DNA of 62,245 nucleotides from Octopus bimaculoides (taxonomy: Eukaryota). Below the pieces are notes generated by a model that saw only the letters and a list, made by a program, of their open reading frames with translations, made no database searches and was not told the DNA's origin. The stretch is from positions 60,370,351-60,432,595 of the forward strand of contig NC_068992.1 in the NCBI RefSeq assembly GCF_001194135.2, written 5' to 3'. Position 1 is the first letter of the stretch; each line of letters opens with the position of its first letter. Position numbers and translations under genes: made by a program. Below, piece by piece: positions 11,830 to 24,382 of this stretch.

Positions 11830-11990
11830 GTGGTCGTTAGACATGCTAGAAACAGAAACGACATCTTCTTCAAATAATATCTTGTTCTAAATGTAAAACA
11901 TTCAGAATAATGCTCTTATCGTTTCTTATTCTTGCTCAGGAAGATAAAGTAGTGGCCATGACCGCTTTTGAGGGTCCCTGGGAACGTCGG
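11830..11990 (-). mobile_element. Repeat family E fragment (related pieces near 100-230, 12340-12500, 17850-17960, 30830-30910, 56800-56990, 57170-57360)
   Basis: Shared GCTGCTATTTCTAGCA / TAGACATGCTAGAAA-type block. Confidence 0.55.
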
Positions 11991-12610
11991 GAGAAAAAGA
12001 GAAAGGTATTCTCAAACCGCAGACCTAAAATGAACGCTCGTAACCGAGAGAATTTAGCTAAACACCTCATGACCCTTGTGAGGCAATTAGACAGAGCAAC
12101 TAAATAAGTGTACTAAAATTGCGCTTCACTAGGAAAGATGAAATCGTCAGAACTGGAGCGCCTTACATCTTGGTAGTAAGTTACTTTATAGCCAATAACA
12201 ACATCGATCAGAGAAACAAGCAGACTGGTTCATGGAAGGCAGAACAACACTCATACCTAGGTTAGAAATATAGATTTTAAAAAACTATGGATAAATCCAA
12301 TTTAGTCTTCTAACAATATCAGTGTCACTAAATCATTGTTCTATCTGTTGGAAATAAAGGCATCGTTACTTTCAAATTACACACTTTCATCTTAAGAAAA
12401 TATAGAAAATGATGTTAGAAAAAATAAGATCACTGGATAGCAACAGCTAGAGCGCTTTTGATCAAACGGTTGCACTAATGTCTCTAAGAAGGAGGCTCAA
12501 TTGGCCCATTGGTGTTGGCTCCAGAACTCTAAAGAAGGTACGTTAATAACTGATGGGAACTTATCAAGAAATAAATATCAGTCACCTTGAATTTTGAAAC
12601 AATACTACCT

Positions 12611-13045
12611 TCATTATTTACATTATTTACATTTGACGGATATTTGTCCTCATCTTGTTTGTTGTTAACACGTTTCGGCTGATATACCCTCCAGCCTTCA
12701 GCAGGTGTCTTGCCGTCGGGCATATGGCGTAGTGGTTAAGAGCACGGGCTACTAACCCCAATATTCCGAGTTCGATTCCAAGCAGTGACCTGAATAATGA
12801 TGATAATAATAATAATAAAATAATAATAATAATAATAATAACAACAACAACAACAACTACATCGAAAAATACCTTAGTAATGAGAACCCAGGTTCGAAAT
12901 TTCCCCAAGACACCTGATGAAGGCTGGAGGGTATATCAGCCAAAACGTTGTATTAACAACAAACAAGATGAAGACAAATATTCGTCAAATGTAAATAATG
13001 TAGATAATGTACATAATTCCTCATCTCTTAAATATAGAACTGTAA
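12611..13045 (+). mobile_element. Composite element H1: inverted partial tail (12611-12712), tRNA-like head (12718-12790), (TAA/CAA)n, PLE-type tail with hammerhead-like motif (about 12860-13045)
   Basis: About 100-bp inverted repeat 12611-12712 vs 12906-13010; A-box TGGCGTAGTGG 12725-12735; B-box GTTCGATTCC 12770-12779. Confidence 0.85.
12909..12954 (+). ncRNA. Minimal type-I hammerhead-ribozyme-like motif (this copy probably inactive, G12 to A)
   Basis: GACAC-CTGATGA-A-GGCTG(10-nt loop)CAGCC-aAAA-CG-TT-GTaTT; stems I and II pair. The inverted copy supplies GAAA intact. Confidence 0.6.
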
Positions 13046-13339
13046 TACTAGCTTCTGTTTTTTTAGATTATTTTTCTCCATCTTGCAAAATTTCTCTCGA
13101 AGAACGTGATCGGAAAGAAAATCTTGAGGAAGAGAAGTATAGAACGTGCTTCTATCAGGTGTTACTAGAATGACGATTCAGTATGGCAGGGTAGCATGAA
13201 ATATGTTTTCGCTAATCGTTTTATGTGAGTATGTCGACGCGAGACAGAGATAAACAGTTTCTTGGTCTGCCAACTCTTCAGCTTGTGGTACTTCTAAAAT
13301 GTGACTGTTGAAAGGAGGAAGAAAGGGAGAGTTGCAACG

Positions 13340-13485
13340 GCACCCAGCTAGCATTCATTTAGAGTAGAAATCGGAGTAACGTGAAATGAAGTACTTTTCT
13401 CGAGGATACTACACTTCGCCGGATCCAGGAATCGAACCTACAGATTTATGATCACGACACGAATACCCTAACCGTTGGGCCAAGC
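13340..13485 (-). mobile_element. tRNA-derived SINE head fragment (family D-related)
   Basis: Reverse complement has a GGTTCGATTCC B-box and a linker like the 25225-25450 copy. Confidence 0.6.
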
Positions 13486-13669
13486 AGCGTCTTCAACAGA
13501 AGAAACGACTCATGAAGGTATAAAGTCATTTCCCCTTAGACAATATACTTATTAGCAAAGAATGCAACAGAACGAAAGACCAGACGGCGGTGTTAAATCG
13601 AACGACTGATGGCGTCCATCGCCTTGTAACGGATACAATCCATGGAACTTCCGTAGAATTTGCGTATCC

Positions 13670-14465
13670 TTATCTTTATCTTTCACTCGTTTCAATGATG
13701 GGACTAAAGCCATGCTGCGGCATCGCCTTGAAAGGTTTTAGCCGAATGAACTGACCCGGGCACTTACCTTATAGCTTTATTTTGTCGAACCATTAAGGTT
13801 CGGGGGTGTAGGGACGTTGACATACAATCACCGATTGTTTGTCAAGTGGTGGTGGAAGACAAACACCTCCACTCTCAAAGCCTTGGTCAGCCCAGGGCTA
13901 TAATCTTTTCTACTCTAGACACAAGGCCCGAAATGTGGAAGGAGGGGGCCAGTCGATTAGATGGACCCCAGTACGCAACTGGTACTTAATTTATCGACCC
14001 CGAAAGGATGAAAGGCAATGTCGACCTCGGTGGAATTTGAACTCAGAACGTTACGACGGGCGAAATACTGCTATTCATTTCGCCAGGCATGCTAACGTTT
14101 CTTATTTCTTTATTGCCCACAAGGGGCTAAACATAGAAGGGAAAACAAGGACAGACAAATGGATTAAGCCAACTACATTAACTCCAGTGTGTAACTGGTA
14201 CTTAATTTATCGACCCTGAAAGTATAAAAGGCAAAGTCGACCTCGGCGGAATTTGAACTCAGAAAGTCACAGTAACGTTTCGGCCAGCTCGCCGACTTAA
14301 ACCCAGGGCTATAATAAAAGACACTTATGCAAATTATGACGCAGTGAGACTAAACCCAGAATCCAAAAGTTTCCCTGAAACACTTCCAGAGTTTTCCACC
14401 CCGAGATTGAACCAGAAAGCACAGGTTGGCAAAGCTAACTTCTTAACTCCATGACTGGGCCTGCG
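13670..14465 (-). mobile_element. SINE family B split by a family A double insertion (13905-14298) with a 14-bp TSD
   Basis: CCCAGGGCTATAAT at 13891-13904 and 14302-14315; family B sequence resumes on both sides. Confidence 0.85.
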
Positions 14466-16029
14466 TTCACACCATTGACGTCTAAAGAAGCTAACAAACT
14501 TTTAGGAAAGACCAAGAAAAATACAAAATTTCATAAGTAATGCAGACGAACTGTGCTGGGGTAGAAAGAAACATGAAATTAAAAACCAGTTCTTCATAAA
14601 TAAAGTTATAATACAAGACATATTCCACAGACAGGTACGAATATATACGTCATTATGTTTAATTAGCAAGCCAATTCCTGGCAGAGCACAACATATTTTA
14701 AACATTTACCAAGCCATCGTAAATAAAATATCGATATGACTAGCATTATGCATAAGAATTATGGCATAATAATAATATATACAATGTTTTATATGCGTAT
14801 ATTTAGTTATGTACATGTATGCATGCATGTATATATTATAATGTATATACAAATGCACAAATACTTTTATTTGTGTGCGAATGTGTGTTTGTCAGTGTCT
14901 GTAAGTATGTATGTATGTGAGAAGCTTGGACTGTTGTGCAGAGTGTAACGCACAAATACATATGTCAGTCGTAGTTATCACACAGACAATGCCTAATCCA
15001 TCGTAGATACAATATGTTTTAAAGAGAAATGTATTAGATATTGTGCAAATCAATGCCTATCTACGTTAGCGTTACAGAATGACCGCAACATAGTACATTT
15101 ATACGTAATTACTTTTAACTAATTAAGAAATCGTTAATTACTCTTAGGAACTGAAATGAAATCCACCGATCAGGCAATATGAATGAAATCGATCCGATTT
15201 TAAAACACAGATGTAAGAGCTGTGATAACATTAATTAATCAAGTCGATAACAGTATCGAGAGGAGAGAGTAAACTCAGTTGAATATTGACTGGGAAGGGA
15301 CAAATGTTCAGGGTCGCCTTTTGCATGAATTTGCGATCGTAAATATGAAATTAGCTTACATGATGATATAGAAATGTGACAAAGTTCATTTAATTAAACT
15401 TTACAAATTATTAAGAGCAATGGATCTCAAACGGACAAATGCCAACTCCATGATGATTTTTATACATACATACATACATTCATACATTCATATACATAAG
15501 CTCATATACATACGAACGTAGGAAGTTTGTAACGTTCAAGTAGTAAGTGGCCGATATAGCAAACATAAAATGTAGAATATACGGTAAAATACAATAACAA
15601 TTTATTGGCATCGAGAGTTACACACTTATTCCCATATCGAATTTACGACGAAATTCGATAAGTTAATAGATTCTACGTAGCTCAGTGTGAGCAACGAATG
15701 TTGCTAAAAATGCAAATAGGCATTCAAATTGAGGTTGTGGGAGAGGTAAAAGAGCTTCAGGTATTTATGTAACATAAATTTTTACCAATTTGTGTGCGCG
15801 CGTACAGTAATATTTATCCTCCGAAGTAATATTTATCCTCCGAAAGAGTGCATTTTGCACAAAAGCCAACCTGATAGTTTCTTTGATGGTAACTACCTCA
15901 GTATAGTTTGTTCTAACAGAACATCCATGTTTAAGTGGAAATATATATAACCCTCGATATATATATATTGTTATATCTTGAGTTTGAGTGTTGCAATGTA
16001 ATCGTAAAGGAAACGCAATCCCAATACTA

Positions 16030-17154
16030 CCATAGTTCTTCGATATGATCACCTCTGTTTCGAACCACAGCCCTAAATCTAGATGTGAATGGCTCACACG
16101 CAACAGGCAGCTTGCTGAGCCGAAGCCCATTCCTGGTGCAGTTTTTGCCTTCAGAGCGTCGAGCGAAGGATGATGAGTGCTCGAGACCCTCGTCTCCAAA
16201 ATGGACCAAACAGAAAAAATCCAATTGGTTGAGATCGGGGCTTCTTGAAGGTCGTACTTCTTTGCCTATGAACGACGGAACGCTTTTCTGAATCCACTGT
16301 TGCGTCTGTTTGGTGCTGTGAGATGGTGCCGAGTTCTGTTGGAGGCTCCAATGTGCATCTTGAAAGTGTTCATTCGCCCATGGAAGCAGTTCAGCTTCCA
16401 GAAGGCGCCGCTAATGTTTCGCTAGGTGTTAATTTTAATATCCGAGGGCACAAGAAGGAGGGGGAGACCTTCCAGTGGCTGTCACAGTCACCCAAGTCAT
16501 TATTGACTATGGATTTTGACGTCGATTTACGAGTCTACTCTCGGTGGAGCCAGATAGACTCCAAAGTCGGTCATGCTGGTGGTTCACTAACTGTTCGATG
16601 ACAATTCTTTTTCTCAGTGAACATCAGATTGGGCAGTGTGCCTTCAGCAATCTCACGTAGGATGATACACTTCTTTCCAGACTCATGGTCTTCTGAACGT
16701 ACGTGAGCTCATGTCGATGGAACATCTTGTAGGGGTAGGTCTTGAGATCCTCTTTCAGCACTCGATACATTGATGCTCGGCTTAGTTTTGTTGTGGCAGC
16801 CAGATTTCTGTCGGATCGACGAGAACTTCACCGTATCTTTTCTCTGGTACTTTTGATAAGCTGAGGAGTCCGCACACTTCTTCTCTGGCCATGTCCAGGT
16901 CGATTAGCGATGTAACCTGTCTCGTGAAATTTCCTGACAATTTTCGGTTAATTTCAAGCGTTTAGCTAAAGCTGTATTACTTTTCCCTCCCTGGTGAAGG
17001 GTTATGATTGTATTTTGGTCTATAGCCATTATCTAATTTATAAATCTAAATTTATTTAAGTCGGTACAAAAAGAAGACACACTGAGCTTTTATAATGATA
17101 TATAATTTTCATTAAAGCTTGAAACGTCGGTTTCCTTAATTTCGGGACACCCTG
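16030..17154 (-). mobile_element. Tc1/mariner relic, maT (DD37D) type
   Basis: Minus strand WSLQQNSAPSH...PSRSPDLNQLDF, with 37 residues between the second catalytic position (decayed to N) and the third Asp; terminal CAGGGTGTCCC at 17154-17144; frameshifts. Confidence 0.88.
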
Positions 17155-17319
17155 CATATATTAGGTGAATATTTTGATACTCTTAACTTTACTTTATTCC
17201 ATACACTTCTTCCATTTGGTGTTGTAGAAACTAAAATGCCCCAAACCATTTTAACTTCATTAAACATTGCAATTTGCCTGCGCCGGCCCCTAGTTTTCAA
17301 TCATTACATTCTCTCCCAC

Positions 17320-17378
17320 TTATGATAAACACCGATGTAAATGACAATCTTCAGTTTGAGAAGACTGAGGCGAACAAC
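17320..17378 (-). CDS. Candidate terminal coding exon ((G)CSPQSSQTEDCHLHRCLS*)
   Basis: Acceptor aaattttgcag|G, phase-1 open frame to TAA, AATAAA about 125 nt downstream (17198-17193). No homology confirmed. Confidence 0.2.
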
Positions 17379-17652
17379 CTGCAAAATTTCAATTAATTAA
17401 TTTATCCTTAAAGCAAGCGAGCAATAAAATGTAAGAATCATAACTAAATAAATAAAAATAACAACAACAGTTAAAATAATTTTAAGTTCCAGTATTTCAA
17501 TGTTAATTTGATTTTATGCCAGTTTGTTAAATCGTTCGGTCGGTTAAGCTTTTAACGTAAAGTTTTATCTTGATTTGTAGAGTATTTCGTGAATGGAAGA
17601 TATTTTCTTGTTAAAATAAAACAAATAAATAACAAAAATCATTAAGCAATAC

Positions 17653-17696
<44 letters not shown>

Positions 17697-18329
17697 TGTT
17701 AAAAGGTTAATGTCCTGAATTCAAAATATCACTTCAACTTCATATACTTAACTTCATTAATTTCACTTGATAATACAGAGAGAAAAAAACGCTCTTAACT
17801 GTCTTATGTACAGTGCTACGCTTAAGTGAGCGAAATGACACTAAGCCTGTTTGTGATCAGCTGAGATGCTAGAAATAGTAACCAAATCTAATTAAAACCA
17901 GGTTGTATTGTCATTCTAAACAAAAGCAAAACAAACAGCAATCAATAAGGCATATATTGAATATGGTCAATCGGAAAACATAAAAGAAAAACGAGGGGAA
18001 AAAGTAAAAAGCAAGATGGCGGATGAAATATTTTTGTCGGTAGAATTTAGATGTCCTGGATGAGGAAATCAGCCATAAAGAAAAGCTAAATAACTGTGAC
18101 AGTCATGGCTGTGTGGTTAAGACGTTTGCTTCGCCGCCACATACTTTCGGGTTCAGTCCTTCTGCACGTTCCAGTAAGACAAACCTGGGGCTGAAGGAGA
18201 ATCATCTGACTCACGTTTATTTCACTCGTCCTACTGATGCTACCGACCGAGGAATTGTTCCAATTTAGAAACCATCTGTCTGACACTGGAATCCTATTAC
18301 CATTAGCTGGGCCCTCGAACTCCTTTTCC

Positions 18330-18935
18330 GGCTCTCAGCGTACTCAGTTCAAATCCCGTGGAAGTCAACTTTGTCTTTCATTCCTTTGGGATTCGATAAA
18401 TCAAGTACCAATACACCGTGTATTGACACTAAGAGGTGACCTATGATGGTTGGGCTGGAGTTTCAAATCGAAGTGGAAAGTGCTGGAACAATTAGCGCAG
18501 TGGCATCACTGTCCGCTGCTTTGGCAATTCAATCTACCCACCATTCTATAATGGGGGCTTAATTTATCGACCCCTGAAGAAGTTAATAATAAATCTAACT
18601 TCAACGTAGTTTGAACTTCGAATGCTAACACCCAGAACAGATAGCGCGATGGTATTACGATAATGCGCTATGATTCCGTCAACTCACAGCTTTTGTAATG
18701 TAATCGAACCAGTTTTCAACAGACATGTAATATTTACGATGCAATTAACCATCCAAGGTCTATATAAGTATCGAGAAGAGGGAGTAAGTATTAATAGTTT
18801 ATTTAGCGACCATGAAGGAATAAAATGTAAAATTGACCTCCGTGGAATCTGAACTCAGGACACTGAGAGCTGAAAAAAATAGAAACTCAGAGTTGTTCTT
18901 GTTACTACAGTCTAATAACTCTGCCAGTTCACTGC
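18330..18935. mobile_element. Cluster of old SINE family A copies (one plus, two minus)
   Basis: CAGTTCAAATCCC.TGGAAGTCAACTTTG on plus; TTGACCTCCGTGGAATCTGAACTCAG-type reverse matches. Confidence 0.65.
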
Positions 18936-19419
18936 TGCGATGCCTGGCCAGAATTACAGTAAATATATAACTATAGAGAAAGCACCATTACTAGTGTTAC
19001 TAACATCACAGTGACAAAATTAGAAAACAACACCCACACATTATTACAAGCTGGTCCCTACCACTGCCTGTACATCTTACCTACCTACAGCATCTTAACT
19101 TGATTATATCTAATAGCCAGCTATCTCATTAAGAGTCGCTATATTCAATTATTATAATTATTAGCATCATTAATACCGTCGCAGTCGTCGAGGTAGCCGT
19201 CGTGATAGTTCTAGCAGTTTTTAATATTCCGCTTTTTCAATCACTGAACACGTTTATAGCCGTTCTATCACCTACTCTTACTATTACTCCTATTTCGCGC
19301 CAGTCTTTGCATCAGGCATACATTCTGTGTGTATATTATATTGGTAGCCGTTAAGAATATTGCTGGGAAACAGTGCTGGAATTCACACTTGCTAACAAAC
19401 TGTACCGTCAGAGTTACTA

Positions 19420-19778
19420 TTGCAACAGCCACCACCGTCGTCATCACCACCACCATAACCGCCACCGCCATCGCCATGGTGTCATCATTATCACTACTGT
19501 GACGTTCACGGCAGTCACCACCAACTCAGCAAAACCAGAAATACCGCCAACAGTGCCATCTACAACTTCCTCCATGATGACGCTACCACCAGCGTCACCA
19601 GCAGCACCAAACAGAGACAGCTTCATTACAAAGAAGGGGACGCCAATAAGTCCTCGAGTTTAATCTTTGATTGCTCGACTGGCTAGAAATATCAGACAAA
19701 TCTCCTATAACCCTCCCTCCCATATATGTACACACACACAGACACAAACACAGACTCACACACAGACACAGACACACA

Positions 19779-19814
<36 letters not shown>

Positions 19815-19975
19815 TATATGTATAAGTTCGTTCAGCTAAAATTCTGCAAGGAGCGCACCAACATGGCCGAAGTCTAATGACTGAAACAAGAAAAAGATAA
19901 AAAGTGAAAGATGAAACATGTGTGTGCATGTGTGTTTGTGTGTGTGTGTGTGTGTGAGTGTGTGTGTGTGTGTAT
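19420..19975. repeat. Low-complexity (CAC/CAT/CCG)n tract, (CA)n, a family B 3' tail (19840-19905) and (TG)n
   Basis: Directly visible; gap N 20107-20238 follows. Confidence 0.85.
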
Positions 19976-20238
19976 TGTAAGAAATAAGAGTTAAAACTTT
20001 TAATGGCGTTAGAGGCTCGCAATATATATACACTAAGAGGGGAAATAATCGCCCCCTTGAGCATCTCTAAGATGACTCATCAATCGTAGGCTCGTCCGTA
20101 GTTAGTNNNNNNNNNNNNNNNNNNNNNNNNNNNNNNNNNNNNNNNNNNNNNNNNNNNNNNNNNNNNNNNNNNNNNNNNNNNNNNNNNNNNNNNNNNNNNN
20201 NNNNNNNNNNNNNNNNNNNNNNNNNNNNNNNNNNNNNN

Positions 20239-20270
<32 letters not shown>

Positions 20271-20678
20271 TGATATATCAACGCGTACAAAAAGAACGTT
20301 AAGAAGAAATACAATTGTCTAAGAAAAGTCACTTTATGATGACGTCAGTAGGTAAAGAAAGAATAAAAAATAAGCAAAATAATTATACGCTAGGACATTT
20401 TGTTTTGTAGCTATTAATATATGCTAAAAAATAGAAAAATTATGCTTATTAGATTAGAGGTGAAACAATTATAATTAAGCCGTTATTTACGATTGAAATA
20501 GTTAAGTACTTTTCTATATATTTATGGGAACATTTCAACGTAAAGCTGGTTCTAAATTTAATAATTCTAATTTAGAAGTAATTTTATAATACCTTTCCTC
20601 TCGGCAAAGGTAACATTTGAAATTTTCTGTAATATACAATAAAGCGCAACTAACAATGGCCCACTTTATATATATACA

Positions 20679-20863
20679 GGCACAGGCGTGGCTGTGTAGT
20701 AGAACGTTCGGGTTAAGTCTGACTGCGAGGTACCTTTGGCAAGTGTCTCCCGCTATAGCCTCCAACAAACCAGAGACTTTTGAGTGGATTTCGTAGACAG
20801 ATTGATAAATACATAGGTAGCTAGCTAGACAGAGTGATAGATAGAAAGATAGAGATAGCTAGC

Positions 20864-20927
<64 letters not shown>

Positions 20928-21205
20928 GATAGATAGATAGAGAGAGAGAGAGAAAGAGAGAGAAAAAAATGTATCAGTGTGTTTACCTTTGTTTCTGTTT
21001 TTGTGACCCACCGGCGTCTGACAACCAGTTTTGGCTCGTTTACATCTCCGTAACATAGCGGTTCGGAAAAGATAGATAGAATAAGTACCGGGACTAGAAA
21101 AAAAGTACTGCGGCTGAGGTCGATTTGTTTGACTAAACTTTTTTCATTGTGATGTTCCAGCATCGCGGCAGTACACTGTCTAAAACAAGCAAAAGATAAA
21201 AGTGA
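20679..21205 (+). mobile_element. SINE family B with expanded internal (GATA)n/(GA)n
   Basis: Head GGCACAGGCGTGGCTGTG...CCTTTGGCAAGTGTCT; tail ...CAGCATCGCGGCAGT...AAACAAGCAAAAGATAAAAG. Confidence 0.85.
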
Positions 21206-21694
21206 TATACATATAGCCATAGTTTATATACGCAACTCTGATGAAGTGCTACACTAATGTCTAAAACCGTAAATATTACGGTAATTCTCCCTTCGAATTT
21301 TTACGTAAACTGGCGTTGCAAGTAGAGTTGGTACAGAAACAATTGTAACTGATCGTTAAAGGTGTGTTAAAGTGTTTCTTTGCCTTATTATGTCGATTAT
21401 ATCTTGGTCCTCGCTAAACCCAAACAACACTTTAACCAGGATTTTCTACACCTGAAGTATATCGGTATTAGCTTGGAATCCGACAGTGTTGATAGCCTAG
21501 AACTTGGGTCGCGTACTTCGGATCGGGCAACACACACAAATGCACGCGCACACACACGCACACACACACACGCACACACACACGCACACGAACACACGCA
21601 CATGCACACAGAAACACACATACATATACATACATATATTGTCGCAAACCAACCAGTAATCATACACATTTGACCGTTTCATTATTAGTTTTAT

Positions 21695-21870
21695 ACTCGG
21701 TATTTCGTCTGTCTTTACGTTCTGAGTTCAAATTCCGCCGTGTTCGCCTTTGCCCTTCATCCTCCGGGCTCGATAAATTAAGTACCAATTGCATACCGAG
21801 GTCGATCTAATCGACCCCCCACCACAACCACCACAATTTCGGGCCTTGTGCCTAGGGTAGAAAAAAAGTA
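21695..21870 (+). mobile_element. SINE family A (5'-truncated)
   Basis: GGTATTTCGTCTGTCTTTACGTTCTGAGTTCAAATTCCGCC. Confidence 0.9.
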
Positions 21871-22454
21871 TTAGTTTTATACTTTACATATTTGTCAGAA
21901 ATTTTACCTCCATCATCAGTGACATTCTCCATGATTCGCGTCTTAGAATTCTTTGTCAAATTTCACCTAAATCTTGAGCTTGTGTGTTTGTTTCTTTGTA
22001 TGTGTGTTTGTTCAGTATTCAATTTCATTATGTTGATATGAGATCGTGCGTGGGTTTATAAGTTATAAGTTGTATGTATCTGCGTATATTTGTGTTGATG
22101 TGATTGTGAAAGTGTAATTAGTGTGTGGATGTGTGTAAGGATAAGAGGAAACAATACACCCCCCCACACACACACACACAGACATACATGCACACATGCG
22201 CAAGCGCACACACACAAATATACTTGCATACATACATACACACACACACATAAATATGCATGCTATTTGCAATTTACATGCATTCCAGTTTAATTATCTG
22301 CATAATAATTCACACATCTATGCACATGCATTAGGCGTTGCATGAAATTGTTCACGCACATGCGGACATGCATTTTCATGCACGTGTGCGTGAGCACACA
22401 CATTCACACTCATGCACGTAGATATTATTGTTTGAAAACATGGAATCTATTTAG

Positions 22455-22464
22455 TATCTATCTG

Positions 22465-22503
<39 letters not shown>

Positions 22504-22560
22504 GTCTATCTATCTTATCTATCTGTCTATCTATCTTATCTATCTGTCTATCTATCTATA

Positions 22561-22647
<87 letters not shown>

Positions 22648-23000
22648 GTCTGTTGGTCGGTCGGTCTGTCTATCTATTTGTCTACCTATCCACCTTCCTG
22701 CCTACCTACCTACCTACCTACCTACCTACCTACCTACCTACCTACTTGCCTACCTATCTACCTACTTACCTACCTACCTACATACTTACTTACCTACCTA
22801 CCGACGTACCTACCTACCTACAAACCTATCTATTTTCTATCTATATACATATATATGTACATACATGTATAATTATATATATCATATATATATACATGCA
22901 TAACCATATGTACGTTTATTAGTGATTTACTTTTATATATATATAAATAATAATAATAAAAATGATATACACGTATACATACATACATACATACATACAT

Positions 23001-23056
<56 letters not shown>

Positions 23057-23057
23057 T

Positions 23058-23088
<31 letters not shown>

Positions 23089-23170
23089 CATACATACATA
23101 CATACATACATAAATAGATAGACAGATATACGTATATATATATACATATATATGAATATATATACATCTT
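22455..23170. repeat. Compound (TCTA)n(TA)n(CCTA)n...(CATA)n(TA)n(GATA)n microsatellite field
   Basis: Directly visible. Confidence 0.97.
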
Positions 23171-24160
23171 TATCTATCTAACAATGTCTTTGTGTCTATA
23201 TATATGTATATACATAAAATGTCTGTATGTGCACACGCGCGTATCTATGCATGTGTGTGTGTGCATGTGTAATCAAGGTTGTTGAAATTTGCATGATATC
23301 TAACGGCTACATTTTTCTGTTTCCTGTTTTCGTGTCTTTTTCTTTCTGCGTTCGTCTTTCTCCTCTCTTCTTTTCTATTTCTGTATGCATCTGCATTTTA
23401 ATATTCTCCTTCTCGTGTATATATGTGTATGTGTGTGCCTGTGTGCGTTTGTGTGTGTTTGGCATATATGTATCCGTCTGGGGAAGTTTAAAAATATACG
23501 CGTATTTAAACGGAGAGATAATTAGATGAAACTTAAGAAAACTACGTGGAAACAATGGATTTCTCCTGCAGAAATGATATGCATCGTTTCTTATTGATGA
23601 ATTTTTGGTGAATTTTTCATACAAAACCAAGAAATTCAGATTACAAAAAAGATAAATTGCTTGCATATTAAGGCGGCAATTATAAGTAATTGTTTTGTGC
23701 AACAGCCTGTTATTACAGGAGTGATTAATGTTACCGGAATATTTCCTGAAAATTTCTACTTGCATGTTATTCTTTGCAAGACATAATTCTTTCTCCACCT
23801 ACCATCTTCTCTCACACCCACTCTTCTATTCTGCAGGCAAAATTTTTGTAAATCGAAATACAAACAGTGGTGTAAAGAGAACAAGCCACAAACCGAGATT
23901 GTCTAGTTATTAAACTCATCGCATAGACACGCGCACACACATAGACACACAAGCGGTGACGTTACATAATTTTAATGTAGTTAGACTACGGTTTGCAACA
24001 CTTTTTACTACAGAATGCATTATGTTATTCTCAACAGAATAAAAAGAAAAAATCAAGGAGATTGCTCTGGCTTGCTTCATAGATTATTGACTATCTCAGA
24101 GAATGAGAACCTTTGACATTTTACCTATTGCTGTTCAAATCAGCCACAAACTAATATTTA

Positions 24161-24382
24161 TTTCTTTATTACCCACAGGGGGGTAGGGTGGGGCTAAACA
24201 TAGAGGGGACAAACAAGGACAGACATCGACCTCAATGCGTAACTGGTAATTATTTAATCGACCCCGAAAGGATGGAAGGCAAAGTCGACCTCGGCGGAAT
24301 TTGAACTCAGAACGTTACGGCAAACTAAATACGGTAAAGCATTTCGCCCGGCGTGCTAACGATTCTGCCTGCTCGCCGCCCT
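24161..24382 (-). mobile_element. SINE family A, full-length, 18-bp TSD
   Basis: GCCACAAACTAATATTTA at 24143-24160 and 24383-24400. Confidence 0.95.

Noticed and set aside
12718-12790. Functional tRNA gene (apparent ACT anticodon)
   Set aside because: No proper acceptor stem, and it is embedded in a repeat. Treated as a SINE head, like the other tRNA-like heads here.
15806-15843. Perfect 19-bp tandem duplication
   Set aside because: Real but isolated; ordinary slippage or an excision footprint with no further support.
18013-18022. AAGATGGCGG YY1/start motif as a promoter
   Set aside because: Single motif, weak downstream donor, short ORF.
21238-21275. CTGATGA motif as a hammerhead
   Set aside because: No GAAA directly after the stem and no stem I pairing.
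23307-23913. 163-aa minus ORF and a strong plus-strand acceptor near 23837
   Set aside because: The ORF is partly repeat-derived, there is no recognisable domain and no convincing paired splice site.
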